A stretch of 64,000 bases of DNA from Mytilus californianus (Eukaryota). The position numbers and the translations under genes are program-made. The stretch is from NCBI RefSeq assembly GCF_021869535.1, contig NW_026262581.1, positions 121,086,001 to 121,150,000 on the forward strand. The letters are read 5' to 3'. The notes under the pieces are model-generated. The model worked only from the letters and a program-made list of their open reading frames with translations, made no database searches and was not told where the DNA came from. Positions 24,301 through 37,767 of this stretch are shown piece after piece. The first letter of the stretch is position 1, and every line of letters begins with the position of its first letter.

Positions 24301-27300
24301 TTACGTTGACTGTTTATTTAAAAGTATTTGATTTGAAAAAAAATGCAATACTGAAAAACAACAAAATTCAATGACTGCCAAGACAATTGACACTTTATAT
24401 AAAAACTGTATGATGCTGTAGTCAGTAACCCAAACCCAGCATGATTGTTTTTAAATGTATGTTTGCATAAAGGTATTGGGCTTTGTCAGATAGGTCCTGT
24501 CAGGACAAAATATTGCAGTGATTTACAATTAGGCCACTAATTTTAATGTAAGTTTTTTTTTCTAGAGAAACCTCAGCATCATAGGTCTTTTTATGTTTCA
24601 AATTTAAAAATGATAAAATGATAATCACTGATTATATGGCTGTGTTGTGTGCTGCATGATGGAATTCATATGCTAATGTGATTGTTGCATAAAAGAATTG
24701 AAACAAGGAAAAGATAAAGCTGCATGATATAATGATCAAAAGATTTGATCACATGAGAAGATATATTACAACTTATCTAATGGTTAAAGCAAATACATAT
24801 AAATAGTGGTAAAAAGAAGGAAATATGTATTTAGATTTTTGGGGCAAAATTAAAGACTGTTAGTTATTAATCTGGCATGGATTGGTTGTCAATGTGCATT
24901 TTAGTTCTATAGATATGCATGTTGAGGTTGACATATTATAAGCATGGTATTGATGATAATTATCTGTAAGTTGTTGTAAGAGTCATTAAATGACAAGAAT
25001 TCAGGCAATCTGGAAAGCATTTAACATACACATATGTGTTCAAAACTTTTTTTAGATGACTTGAACAGAAATCTTAAATTTTACTTAATGCTTTTGTTTA
25101 ATATATTTAAGGCTCACTGAGAATTTATATAAACTATAAAGAAATAAATAATATTTGGGTAGACTTTGTTTGTTAAAGCATTTTGTATTATATTTTTGGT
25201 GTTTCACAGTAGAATTTACAAGTGACAAACAAATCTTCATTTGGAAAACGGGAGAGATAACATTATTAAGTTAGCTTTCACTTGAAACAATGAGAAAATG
25301 AATTTGACATCAATATGTAATAGCTGCGGAATGTAATTCTAATGGTCCATATAATATTTTTGTTGTATGTGGACCTGATCATACACATACAAATTTCAGA
25401 AATCACAATTTGAGCTTTGGATCGGAAGTTATATTTATAAATATATTTAAGTGTGAATGAAATGTAAAATATAACCTGTAGAGATGTTTAGTTATTGCTG
25501 CATTATAGTAAATGTAGTCATTAAGGAAATCCTATATTCGACCACTTTTTGCTTATGGACAGGGGCAGAGTTAAAAATAGATTTAAAAAGATTCTGCTAT
25601 AGAAGCATAGTTGTTAAATTATTGATGTTAAATTAAAGGGTTACTTACCAGTAATTGGTATTCTTGCCCAGTAGTGATGAAATGTTATATGAATACTATT
25701 TTCTTAAACCCTTCTACTCTTTGAATTTTTCAGAAGGATGAAGAAAGTATGCCAGAATATGATGAAGAAACAAAGAAACTTATAGAAGGTAAAAAGTATT
25801 AAAATAGAATAAGAAAAAGACTTTTTAATAATAATAACTATTACAGATATAAATATTAGACTACCATAGATTTCTGAAATGGCGTTAGTATGATAACATA
25901 TAGGTTATAGAATTGCATGAAAATATATTCAACAACAAAAGAAGTTCGTACCACTCATAAATTTCTTTGGGTTTAAAAATCAAATGTCTATATCTATGTC
26001 AAGTAATGAATGGAAGGGTTAGAAATTAGTTATTTTGACATAAAGGGCATACAATTATGTAAAATTTCATTCTCTATAAAAAAAAAAAAAATTCTCAATT
26101 TTTTTTTTATCTCAGTGTATTAATCATATTTTAAATTGTCAACAGTTTCTGTGATATAACTTATGAACTGTTCAACCAATGCCTTTCAAGTTTTAAATGT
26201 TTATGCTGATGACAAAAATGGGGTCAATTTTTATAATTACATTTTTCCACTTTTACCGTTCAGGAGTTGATGACACTTGATATATCGGAAATTGGCACTT
26301 TATGTTGTTTCTGATTAAAAACTTATGCACCCTTCTACCCAGTTGGAAAGCAGGTCACGGTTTGACCCCAAGCCTATCAGCAACAATAGAGTCACGTGAC
26401 CGTGAAAATTCAGTAAAACTACGAATGAGACAAACCTCACTTTTACTCACTAAAATACCACTGTCATGGTAAAAACTTATTGATCAAAATAATCTTGAAT
26501 ATACATAGTTTTAACTCGTCAAAACTGACACATCAACTCAAAGTCCTTTATTCTTTATTTTATCTTCAAACTTGAAGTTTGTGTGAAAATTGTCAAGGCT
26601 CCTGATGGAAAAATCTAAATATTTTTCGAGGAAACTAAAAATGATGGGCTGAATTTAAATTTAATAAAGCATCTCATTAAGACAAACACTCGATATGAAT
26701 ATCTAGGTAATACAGTTTTGGATACGCAAACGTCAAGTTATGTTCAACACAAAGCTGTGGTTTTTTTGCCGATTTGTGCAAGTGGTTATCTCCCCTTGAT
26801 ATCACCAGTCAAAAATAAAAACCCACCAAAATGAATAAAAAGGAGTTTATTTTACAAAAATCAAGAAGAAAATAAAAGAAATTCGATTAACAACTATGTT
26901 ATTATAATATTAAGAAGAGATACTTCCCTGCTTTTCAGAGAAGGATTACAGGTAAAAATTAAAAGATAAAAAATTGGTAAAAATTAGATCTAGAAACCTA
27001 GCTGAATTGATATAAATTAGCTCTGGCTGATGACATTTACTTTCAGTTTGCAATTTTTATAATGGGATATGAGGTCACTCCTAATGGATTTTTTTAACTA
27101 CTTCTAACAATGTGTAATGCAATAAAACATACTGTATACAATTTAAATAATCTTTCTGAAAAAAAAATAGTACTGACCATTTATATTTTATATTTATAAA
27201 GTGGGACCAAGAGTAAAAATTTAGTTTCTTCAAAGTAAAAAAGCCTTTTAACTCAAGCCTATGTTTCTTAGTTGAACAGTACAGTACTGCCTAGAAAATA

Positions 27301-30300
27301 TCCTACAGAAAAAGGAAAAGTTTACCAAAAAAATGACAAAAGTTCTGTAAAAAAATAATGCTTAAAATTATAAGTGAAAGTGACATAATTTTGAATTTTA
27401 AAATCATTATTATTGTAAAATTCAATTATTAGATTAGCTAGCACAGTAGCCTTTGTCCAATTTCTCAGGGTATTTTATTTATTATGAAAGTGTTGCTGTA
27501 TCTGCTGCTTTACATATTTATAAACAAAGTATTGTATATTTTACCTGAATAATTGGATATTAATCTCAGAAATGAACATTGGTATGACAAATCTTGTGCA
27601 TTTTACTTTAATAATGATCAATGATGATTAAATTTTACAAGAATTTGCCATTTGAATAAATTCAATTTTGTAAGAACACATCTCTATGAATTAATTTCTT
27701 GTTTGACTTGAAAAGCTAGGGTTTGCTCTTATTAATGTAGCTTACTTAGTAAAGAGATAATTAATAAGCAAGGTTTTTAACTTATAACATATAAATATAA
27801 TTAACTGACCTTCATTTCATTTTTCATTTGTATTTTCCTCCAGAAATTTTCTTTGCAATGCATTTTCTATTGCTATATTTGCTTCCAGTATAAATGAAAT
27901 TTTCTTAGACCTATAGTTTCAAACGCCATAAAGAAGAACTTTGTTTGTTGTTTCACTTGTCCAATGTGTAAATTTTCACTATGCACATGACCCTGACACA
28001 TATTTTGTAAACGTTATATGACGTATGTTGAAAAAGAAAACAATATCACCGTCAATTTGTGTAGGGGATCAAAAACGGTTTTAATTACTTTAAAATGGAG
28101 GTATCGTATGGAATTGTGAAAAACAACAATTTTTAATCACAATTTCATTCATATCTATAATAAAATCAGTATTTGAGAGTACTTTGGAAACAGGTACAAT
28201 GAAAAGAAGTTGAACTTTACTGTTTTGAAGTAGAAACGCAGCCAAAACCAGGTACAAATTGACATGACTGGTGGTCATCAAAATTGATGTATCATAGTAA
28301 AAAATGATGGCTTCAAAATTGTGTAGAAATTTGAAATAGTTTACCCGGTTTCATTTAAGATTATTACCGTTCTCTTCCGTATTTGGATACGCAAACATCA
28401 AGTTATGAAAAATCGATGTTTTTGGCGAACAAAAAAGATGGTTGAAATTTTTTAGAACGGACAGGATAAAGAAATAGTAATAACAAGCTATTTTTGATAA
28501 TGTTTGTATGACGTATTGAATCTAAATTGGTCGCAAAACCTACAAATTTTAAAATTCAATTATAATAAAAGCATGACAAGTTGAAATAAATACTTTAAAT
28601 GTCAATCTTTTAGCCGATTGATTTGGCGGACTTTTTGACGTCACGGAAGACTGTAGCGCCACCTAATTAATTCCCCCTGCTATTGTTGCTGATAGCGCTT
28701 GACCACAACGGACGTTTCTAAGGACTTGCTTTCCAACTGTACCAATGGTTTTCAAATTATAATATATTGTTACTTATGACAGAATAGAAGTCAATTTTTA
28801 TTGATGATTTTCACTTTTGCCGTCCTGGAGTTATGGTTCTTGATAGATAAATGGAAAATGGCACTTAATGTTGTTTCTGTGCATTTACTTATGAACTGTT
28901 CAGCCACTGCTCTTAAAAATTTTCATATGCTGTTACTGATGACAAAATGGTGGTCAAGTTCGATATTGACAATTTTTTTTTGTGGCCTTCAGGAGTTATG
29001 GTCCTTGATGAATTGGAAAAAAGGCATAGAATGTGGCAGGTCAAAAAATCCTAAAAGTGCCTTTCAAAATACAGAAAATCCAGTTTGCTGGCAATTTGAC
29101 AGTTCAATCCTTGTTTTAAAATTATTTTGTTGGTAATCTGCATATTATTTTACACATCTAAAATATGTCAATATGATCTGTATTAGTTTACACATATAAA
29201 ATATGTCAATATGATCTGTGTCTAAATGTTCAGATGTAAGAAAAACAAATGTGGCAACTTCTAAATTTTGTAAAAGGACATATTTAATCATTTAAAATGT
29301 TATTACTTTTTAGCTGCTGATGAAGCTAGAAAGAACTATGATGAAGCCAACAGTAAATTAAAAGAACTAGATAATGAACTCTCGTAAGTTTTTTAGCCTG
29401 ATTTACGAAGATGGTGAAATGATGCCAAAGTTATTGTCTATTCTCATATCTGTTAATGCTTTTGTAACTTTTCATGAATCCTCTTGCCAAATTGACTTCA
29501 TGATTTGTAAGAGATTTTCCAATCAGTTTATCTAGATCTTTATGGGATTTTCCAACAAATTTTCCAGATTTGTGTAGGATTTTCCAACAAACTTATAATG
29601 ATTTGTATGGGATTTTCCAACCATATCAGCATTGCCATCATTACTTATTATAGAACACTTAGTTTTGATGTATTTCATTATGGGACTGATTTATGTAAGA
29701 AATGATCATTTAAATAGTTATACCAACAACATATAAAAAGTGGCAGGAAATCATTAGAGGTATCGTGCAGTATTAATTTGTTTACCAGTAGGATTTTAAA
29801 TGAGCAAGATTTTCCAAAAGATGTGCCTTTTGAACTTCAAAGATGTTTTGCATATTCTGAATGACTGTCTGTTTTACTGGACAAATTATACATTTCTTAT
29901 ATTTGCTGGACATTTTGTGCAATTACAGGTCTTCTGGTGTTGATATCACATATGTAGGATTTTCCTGTTAGTTGATATTTTTTTAAAGTGTACTTATTTT
30001 TCTGTGAAGAATCAAATAGATAATTTCATCTCAAGAAAACCAATTGATTTCTTTAACAAACGAAAGCCATTTTAGGAGATAACACATCTATAAGATAAAT
30101 AAAATGATTTTTTAATCTAATATTTATTTCCATACATTTCATGTATTTTCAGATCTATAAAATCTTATTTAGAACAAGATTATGGACCAAATAGAGAATA
30201 TGCAATTTTACAAGATCAGTGTTTTGAATATACAGATAGAGAATATACATATAAATACTGTCCATTTTCAAAGGGATCACAGCGACCTAAAAGTGGTGGA

Positions 30301-32582
30301 CATGAAACTAGTTTAGGGTATGTAATCTTATGGTTTATGAAGATTTAAGATCTGCTATTCAATTGTCAGACAAGTATAAGTTATGAATAGATTTGGATGA
30401 AACTAACTTTTTCTAACATAGAAGAAAAAACATAAGATACATTTAAGATACCTCCTTAAACAAAGTTTATGAAGTATACAGGATGCAAGATGTTTTTTTA
30501 TCAGTCCATACATTGGTAAATTTTCATGAAACTAATCACATTATTAGATTGAACAGGTAAAATGTATATGGAAAGGATTAGTAACTAAAAGTTATGCCCC
30601 TTTGAACATAGTTTTATTGACCATGTTGAGTATAATATTGCTCACTATGGCCTCAATTTCTAAATGCTTTGTTTGGTGGTGTAATTTTATTCTGATAAGA
30701 TAAGTTTAAGTTTTCAAATTGTAATACTTCAATTAACTTGTAAATTTTTACCATTGTAAGGTTAACAACTCGTGTCCTGAAACTACACGTTTTTGTTTTT
30801 TATTGTACATGAAATTTGGCACATTATGAGAACCTGATACAACGATGTGCTTCTGGTTAGAATAGTTCATTTCTCTTTTATCTCTAACTATGATTGTTGG
30901 ATTGATTGGTGGTAACCATCCAGTGGCAATTATAACATGCATATTAGGAAGTAAATGTGATATGAATATGAACCCTGCTTTGTATAAGACTAACACACTA
31001 AAACAGATTTGATACATGCTAGTTCACAAGGTAACAATCAACAGAGCATGTCATCCTACCAGAACACATTATTCTGACTCCTAGCTGACCTGTGTATAGT
31101 TTTACTCCTAAATGACATGTGCTTAGCAAGAAGCATCCAAGCTGGATATCGAACCCCTGACCTTCTGCACTCAAGGCAAGCAGGATACTCAGGTGGTTTT
31201 CTTTAATTATGCTCATACATTTGAACTGTGAAAAATTTGATCATTACAGATGACATCTCTAGTTTGTAATGCAAGCTATTCAATTACTTCAGTGTTTTAT
31301 AAACAAAACAAATTTTCTGTGCACAAAATGAGTTTTATACAACTGTTTTGTGCATGAATGTGTGTTCCATACAACTATTTTTTTATATTATATGTTTGTC
31401 ATTTACAACTAGACAACCTTTCTGCACATCAAATTTCTCTTCATTTTTTTTTGCATGAACTAATAAACCATTGGTTATGTGTGTAAAATGTGTTTATTTC
31501 TCAGCTAGATAATCATTCTTGGCACAAAATACTTTGTCAGATTTTAATTCTGTATGCATTTCATTATTTTGAAATTAAAAGAATGTAATATATCTTCCTT
31601 TTTTAGGAATTGGGGAAATTGGGCTGGCCCCGAAAATGATAAATATTCTGTTCAGTTATATGAGAAGGGACAGAACTGCTGGAATGGTCCAGATAGATCT
31701 GTTAAGGTAAGTTTATCTTTTTCTGTGGCATTTGTTAAAAAAAAATGCTGAACATTTATGCAATCTAGTTAAATGCTTTTCACATCTTTAAAATATAGAT
31801 AGCAAAGGAAAATATGATAATGCTAGGTTTCATGAAGAATAAAACATAATTTTACTCATCAATTTTTGTCCATCTACTTCAGTGAAAATAGTGAACTAAT
31901 TTTGTGCAACTTGCATAAGTCATACACCAAAACAAAAGTTTGCTTAAGTAATGAGACTGTTCCAGTTACTGAAGCTTCTTAATGTACACTGAAGGAAAAT
32001 ATTTGTATTTATAAGAAAAAAAATGCAGATAGCAGTAATGGATAACACCCTATAAAAACAAATTAATTGGAAGAAATACAAACAAAATACTCTGGATATT
32101 TGAAAAATAAATTTGATTGGTTGTACAGTATCACTAACAGAAAAAGTAGCAATGAATCTACTTACATTTTATAGAAATGGTACAGACCTATAAAACAAAA
32201 CTAGCAATTATTCTAATGAACTACATGCATGAAAACAGCATGGTTAAGTTTTTTATATACATATATTTTCCTTTTTCAACACCTGTCAAAATGTCGAGAT
32301 ACTTATAAAAAGTAAGTATTAAATATAAATGAAGTAAATGGGGCCTGGCAAAAGCAGGTTTATTTAAAAATAAATGGTAGAATAAAAAGATTGGTTCTGG
32401 AATACTGGTACTATTAAATGACTGATTAAATCTCATTTCAGGTACATTTAAAATGTGGTTTGGAACACAGACTGTTAAGTTCCAGTGAACCCAGTAGATG
32501 TGAATATGCTTTTGAATTTGAAACACCATGTAGATGTTCACAGCCTGCAGGAGGAACAACTCAAGCCCATGATGAACTCTAA
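12387..32582 (+). CDS. PRKCSH: Glucosidase II beta subunit; join(12387..12492,13523..13645,14051..14146,14866..14923,16444..16561,17850..17913,18292..18357,19002..19086,20018..20096,20580..20738,23363..23485,25734..25788,29314..29383,30153..30317,31607..31706,32442..32582), 535 aa
   Basis: Signal peptide then RPRGVS; Cys-rich FTCLDGS...[29 protein letters not shown]...[15 protein letters not shown]; coiled coil; two EF-hand loops ([24 protein letters not shown]); acidic/Pro linker; MRH domain (YCPF...WGNWAGP...CWNGPDRS...EPSRCEY); C-terminal HDEL. All exon phases chain to 1608 nt. Intron 6 needs a GC donor. Confidence 0.96.
13057..13083. mobile_element. 27-bp palindromic transposon remnant with 7-bp TSD ATCCATA
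   Basis: CAGGGACTTTCTATACTATAGTCCCTG flanked by ATCCATA at 13050-56 and 13084-90. Confidence 0.75.
13970..14038. repeat. 3 x 23-bp tandem repeat just upstream of the PRKCSH exon 3 acceptor
   Basis: AGTAGGTACATTTACTTGTTTTT repeated three times with minor variation. Confidence 0.85.
15432..16353. mobile_element. Non-autonomous hAT-like DNA transposon (922 bp) with 8-bp TSD TAAAGAAG
   Basis: TIRs CAGGACTTCCAAAA / TTTTGGAAGCCCTG. Identical TAAAGAAG at 15424-31 and 16354-61. Internal 2 x 48-bp duplication at 16049-16144. Confidence 0.8.
17397..17830 (+). mobile_element. Full-length HINE/pearl-like element
   Basis: Subterminal IRs ATGTCCCCGC (17402) / GCGGGGGCAT (17790), a GTCC-type microsatellite, about 2 core repeats, a 3' palindrome TGTGTCCCATGGACACA (17804-20), and T-rich ends. 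Confidence 0.8.
19371..19960 (-). mobile_element. Composite interspersed repeat (CTCATTGGCAATCATACC family plus a second family)
   Basis: AGATGTGGTATGATTGCCAATGAGACAACTCTCCAC... followed by a block (19680-19960) that recurs at ~38995-39215. Confidence 0.75.
24037..24129 (+). CDS. Probable alternative cassette exon of PRKCSH (31 aa, [31 protein letters not shown])
   Basis: TAG| at 24034-36 and GAG|GTATAA at 24130. 93 nt, phase 0 at both ends like the flanking exons, no stops, GC-rich relative to the intron, and Pro/Glu-rich like the linker. Confidence 0.6.
26340..28739. mobile_element. Pair of inverted DNA-transposon ends (CAGTTGGAAAGCA...), one or two decayed elements
   Basis: CAGTTGGAAAGCA...CAAGCCTATCAGCAACAATAG at 26340 is inverted at CTATTGTTGCTGATAGCGCTTG...TGCTTTCCAACTG (ends 28739, followed by TA). 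Confidence 0.5.
30890..31190 (-). mobile_element. Decayed tRNA-derived SINE
   Basis: The minus strand has a B-box GGTTCGATATCC, then GCTTCTTGCTAAGCAC...AGAATAATGTG...GACATG...TGAACTAGCA. A related 3' part is on + at ~56655-56830. Confidence 0.65.
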
Positions 32583-32827
32583 TCTGCAATATTTTCACTT
32601 TGTTTATATTGGGTTTTTTTCCTTGTATTTGAATTTTGTATTTTTGATAATGTTATTTGTTTTTTATAAGTTACTTTTATCATGGTTTATTTTAACTTCA
32701 AGAAATGAAATAATTGCAACTTAAAGTTTTATTAATCAAAATTAATTGCAAGAAAAACGAAAAAATATATTGAAATTTCAATCTACTTAAATTTTGCACA
32801 AAACTATTGTGAGTAAATGCCATTTAT

Positions 32828-32957
32828 TACTGTAAATTCAGAAATTATTGCGTGCATTTATTATTGCGATTTTGTCATTTTAGACTATAATGCGATTTTA
32901 ATTTTTGCGATATTGAGAAATAATAAAAACATCGCAATAATTTCTGAATTTACAGTA
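32828..32957. mobile_element. MITE with 25-bp TIR in the PRKCSH 3' UTR region
   Basis: TACTGTAAATTCAGAAATTATTGCG ... CGCAATAATTTCTGAATTTACAGTA, TA at both ends. Confidence 0.85.
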
Positions 32958-34469
32958 AATACTTCTATTTTTTTATTTTATCATAGTGTTTGTAGAAATT
33001 TTGTAGTGAAGGTGTCATTTCTGATTGTTAAAATAACTGTCTCAAGTACTTTAGATCTTAAATTTCCTAACAGTAATACATACATCTTGATTATTCCTTT
33101 GAATATATGCATACATATATATTTCCTTGCATGGTTCCTTTTTCTTATGTTAATAAAACCTGAGAAAATACAAGTTGAAATATAACTGGATTAACATTAC
33201 ATATTCTAAACAGTAATTAACATTCATTTGTTAAAGAAAAAAAAGCACAAATGTCAGTTTTATTTCTTTGAATAAAAAAACCTTTCATCTGATAGTATTG
33301 TTGTACTATTTTTGTTTTTCCCAGAAGATTGAATAGAAATTTATGTTTCTGTACCACCATTCACTGAAAAGGTTGCAGAATGGTTCTGAAAGTTTGCATT
33401 ATAGTGTATAGGGTAAAGTACTTGTGTCCCTACAACAAATGTGGTCCATTCATATTACATATATTAATTAACATGGTCCATATATGTTGGATGTATATTA
33501 ATTGGAACCAACTCAGTAATCTAATGGTTGCATGTTTTTTCTTGAGTACTTCATGTCTTGGGCTTGATAATGATTTGAACAGTTTGCACTTATTATAATG
33601 GAAAGTTTATAATTTAATCATACAAAATATGTGGCCTACTCATATTACATATTTTAAGTAAAAGGACATGGTCCATGGATAATATAAATAAATCAGGTAA
33701 GGTATCTTCTGCAGTGTATTTACTTTAGTTAAGCTTGGTAAATTTGGACTGCTTCTAGAATGGAAGAGAACTTATGAATTTGTAGAAATTTGTCTTCTGA
33801 CAAATTACCTTCTCACTCCTTAAAGTTTTTCCAGGGTTTTTAAACTTGAGAGCATGACAATTTTCAACACAATGTATACTATTATTGTCACCATGGTGAC
33901 CATCTACTTATTTAAACATCACAGATGCCCCATTTGTGCTTATCTTTATGTAATTATGAAGGTCCATTTGACCAGATTTCTAAATTCCACTTACCCTTTT
34001 GGTATGGAAAAATTAGGTAATTCAAACTTTAATGCTTTGTAGGATTAATAAAAAGCTCTATTCCGCTCGTTCATGCTTAGATGGTCATGAGAATTGGTGC
34101 CAAAATCGTTCTTATTGATATATGCTGCAGAATTGAAACAAGAAACATTACCAAAGATATTTGTATATTATATATCATTGCTATATCTCTACGTTGGTAT
34201 GTTGATAGGTATCTCGTTATGAGAAGGATAACGTGCTTAAAAGAACAATAACTAAAATATAGGTCAGCTCTGTACATGCAGTATTGATAAAAAAAAGTGG
34301 TTTTAGCATGCCATATTTATTTCAACAGAAGTGATACAATATCGTACCATATGTGTTTTATTTTTATCAGTTGGCCCCCATCACATGCTATTGACTGACG
34401 TCAGAATCAAATGATGTTGGAAATCATATTTTGATTTGTCTCTATTGAGTGATGTAATATCAATATATT

Positions 34470-34800
34470 AAAGTGATGATGTCAATTTCCTTGTTGTGAA
34501 GTTTACTTTTCTATGTAACAACACTCCAACAGCACATGCATATGAAGTATATATCTCCCGAGTTGATACAATGTCCCCGAAACTACAGAATGTGATTAAT
34601 GATCGGAAGATACTTGCCCTGGGTAACACGACGGGTGGAACTAATAGATTAGGAACTCACTTCCTGGCCTCTTGAGTTAACCGAAGTTTTGATTTGAATT
34701 AAGTCGTGTTGCTTTTGGTTTAATTTTGATTGTTCAATGTTGTATTATTTTTTCAATAGCTGTGTTGTTTCAATTGGTAAAGTCTTGTCCGTTGTCATAA
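34470..34800 (+). pseudogene. Decayed reverse-transcriptase C-terminal fragment and 3' tail (probably Penelope-like)
   Basis: Translates approximately to VKFTFLCNNTPTAHAYEVYIS, a degenerate NFP.L.SNIP..PAYG.YISQL motif. Confidence 0.5.
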
Positions 34801-35169
34801 AACCGTGTTTTTATTTCAAAATTTTATATTCAAGGAAAGTGAAGTGAACTTTAAGAGTTAGAGAATTTACATTTATGAAATTTGGTTATTCTAGTTGTTG
34901 GCATAAAGTTGTATTTAGCACGAAACTAGTTTTTTTCAATGTTCTACAACATTTGATGTTGATTTGATTTGGCCTACAAGCCGTTTTATTGGTTTTCCCG
35001 CCCACAGGCATAAATATCTTGAAGTCGTATTTGGCACAACCTTTCGACATTAATGGTGTTCAATGCTTTTCAACTTTGTATTTTATTTTATCAACAAACT
35101 GGTTTGAACATCGGTTAACTACTGTCTCCTAAATTTTATTCGAGCTCCACTGACGAGTCTTATAATGAA

Positions 35170-36290
35170 ATATAAACTGTTTACAAACCTTTTCGAAATA
35201 CTAAGGATTTTCTACCCCAGGAATGTTTTACCTAAACTGTATTCGCCAAAAACCTTTTTGAATTTTCGGTAATCAATGCTTTAATTTCAACTCCGTACTT
35301 TATATGGTATTTTTAACTTTTTTTATTCGATCGTCACTGGTGAGTTTGTTGTAGACGGAAAGCGCGTCTGGCGTACACAAATTTAAGCCTGGTATCTATG
35401 ATTAGTTTATATGTATGCCAGACACGAGTTTTGTCTACATAACGGACTCATCAGTGACGCTATAATCAAAACAGTTGGAAGGCCAAATCAAATACGAAGT
35501 TAAAGAATATTAAAAACAGAAAATTCCAAAATGTTGTGTCAAATAAAAATGGACAATAAAAACAGGGTATGGAAAAACCTAAGTATTTCCAATAAACCAA
35601 ATTTTATAAACAGTAAGTTTACAGGAATGAACATGTCAATGATATTTCATGTCAACATTTAAGTGCTGACTACTGGGCTGGTGATATCCTCGGGGACGAA
35701 ATACCCACCAGCAGTGGCATCGACCCAGTCATTGTAAAAATTTATCGAAGACACCAGGCTAATAATTGTGTACGCCAGACGCTCGTTCCGTCTACATTAG
35801 ACTCGAATTAAAACAGTTGAAAGGCCAATTCAAAAAGAAGTTGGAAACATTAAAAACCGAAAATTTCAAAAAGGTTGTACCAAATAAAGCTATGGCAATC
35901 TATACCTGAGGGTAGAAAAACCTGAGTGTTTCGATTAATTCATTTATAAATACTAAAAATACACCGAAGTCGATATCATCAAAATTCTGGACTTTTTGAT
36001 CGACAAAAGAAAAAGCATCCTACTAAGTTCTTTAATTTCACTTTCAGATATAATGATGATGTTCTGTCACCCAATTACCCACATTTCACTACGCACTAAT
36101 CCAGGAATAAATCACTTTAGCTGTATTTGGAAAACATCTTTTTGGAATTATGGGTCCTCAATGCTCTTCAACTTCGTTTTTTATTTGGCCTTTTTAATTT
36201 TTTTTAACTTGAACGTCTCTGGTGAGTATTTTGTAGACGAAACGAACGCGCGCCTGGCGATCAAAATTTTAAAATATGATGAGTTTATTC
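35170..36290. mobile_element. Cluster of about four copies of the GTAGACGAAACGCGCGTCTGGCG repeat family in both orientations
   Basis: Core near 35350 (+), 35420 (-), 35770 (-) and 36235 (+). Further copies at ~44895-45160 (-) and 58257-58375 (-). Confidence 0.75.
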
Positions 36291-36344
36291 AGTGAATGCT
36301 TACATCTCATATAGTCTAGTGAATTTTAGATTAAGGATACTGCC

Positions 36345-36900
36345 GTAAATATAAGGTCTGCTTCATATCTTGATCTTTTCCTCGAAATAGACACAGGTGG
36401 ACGACTTCAAACTAGTTGACAAAAGGGATGATTTCAATTTTCCCATTGTCAACTACTCATTTCTCTACAGTAACATACCCTCTGAACCATCGTATGGAGA
36501 TTACATATATCAGTTAATACATTACGCTCGTGCATGTTTTCACTATACGGAATTCATTAGCAGGGGTTTGCTTCTTACAAAGAAAGTGTTCTTACAGAGT
36601 TATGGGGAAGTATAACTGAAATCTACAGTACCAAATTTTAGGGTCACAATCACGAATTGGTTGACCGATACAATGTGTCGGTGTCTCAACTTATAAGCGA
36701 CATGTTTTCGCGGTCTTAGATCGTTAGATTTCAATATAGTCGTCTGATCTTTAATTTTACCGAATGTTTCCCATTTCTGATTGTGATATTTTGACTGAGT
36801 GTGAATTCGCATGGCTGGTGATGCATGCATAACAGAAGAAACTTACCCTATGGACGCACCGGTCTCGCTCCTTTTGGCTTTTGGAGTTCTTAGGATTCCC
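36345..36900 (+). pseudogene. Decayed retroelement RT C-terminal fragment (probably Penelope-like)
   Basis: SASYLDLFLEIDTGGRLQT / DKRDDFNFPIVNYSFLYSNIPSEPSYGDYIYQLIHYARAC, with a frameshift. Confidence 0.75.
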
Positions 36901-36914
36901 TCAAATGTTTTTGT

Positions 36915-37125
36915 TACTGTAAATTCAGAAATTATTGCGAGGTTTTTATTAATGCGAATAATGTGACTGAATGAGTACCGGATTAATAAAAACTCGCATT
37001 CTGATATCTGATACATATAACTGAATGCAGACTTTCCTGAAATCGCAATAATTAATCTCGCATTTTAGTCCATTCTTGAAAATTCGCAATAATAAATGCA
37101 CACAATAATTTCTGAATTTACAGTA
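36915..37125. mobile_element. Longer copy of the same TACTGTAAATTCAG MITE, opposite orientation
   Basis: Same TIRs. The internal ATTATTGCGTGCATTTATTATTGCG block is mirrored. Confidence 0.85.
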
Positions 37126-37305
37126 CTTCGAATTGTCTCTTCTTAATCGGTTTACGAGATTTGGAATCGGTAAACTACTGTCGCTTAAATCTACATAAAG
37201 TTCACTTCATGTGAATACAAGAGCGAGTCGGTTTACCAGGAACTCTTAACAAGTACCAATTGGAATACACTGATTACACAAATTAATCAATTGTAATATC
37301 ATTGA

Positions 37306-37552
37306 TATAAAAATAAGGAGATGTGGTATGATTGCAATGAGACAACCATCCACCCAAGTTCAAAGGAAGTGTTTGCAAGCAATTATAGGCAACCGTACGG
37401 CCTTCAACAATGAGAAAAACCCATACCGTATAGTCGGCCAACAAGAAAAATATGAAACAATTCAATTGAGAAAACTAACAGCCTAATTTATAACAAAACA
37501 ATTTACGAAAAACAAATATGACACACATGAATTAACGACAACCACTGAACTA
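37306..37552 (-). mobile_element. CTCATTGGCAATCATACC family repeat
   Basis: GGAGATGTGGTATGATTGCAATGAGACAACC...GGCCTTCAACAATGAG. Confidence 0.75.
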
Positions 37553-37695
37553 CATATAATAATTAATCATCAAATCAATTTCAAACAATATTTCATTTAA
37601 AAATTCCCGAATTGTTATTTGTGAAAATAAAATATTTTGATATAAACATCTAAAAAAACATCTAATCATTCATCAGCTTTTTGAATAAAAAAAAA

Positions 37696-37767
37696 GGTGC
37701 GAACGGACCCAGGAGGCGAACGTTTAGGGTGCGAACGTGTATTGGGCGCGAACGGACCCGATACCGA
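37696..37767. repeat. Transposon-end-like subterminal repeats (G)GTGCGAACG x4
   Basis: GGTGCGAACGGACCC, GGCGAACG, GGGTGCGAACG, GGGCGCGAACGGACCCGATACC. Confidence 0.55.

Noticed and set aside
31130-31190. tRNA-like B-box
   Set aside because: No cloverleaf; it is the head of a decayed SINE.
32221-32724. 125-aa minus and 79-aa plus ORFs
   Set aside because: Shadow or alternative frames over the last PRKCSH exon and its UTR.
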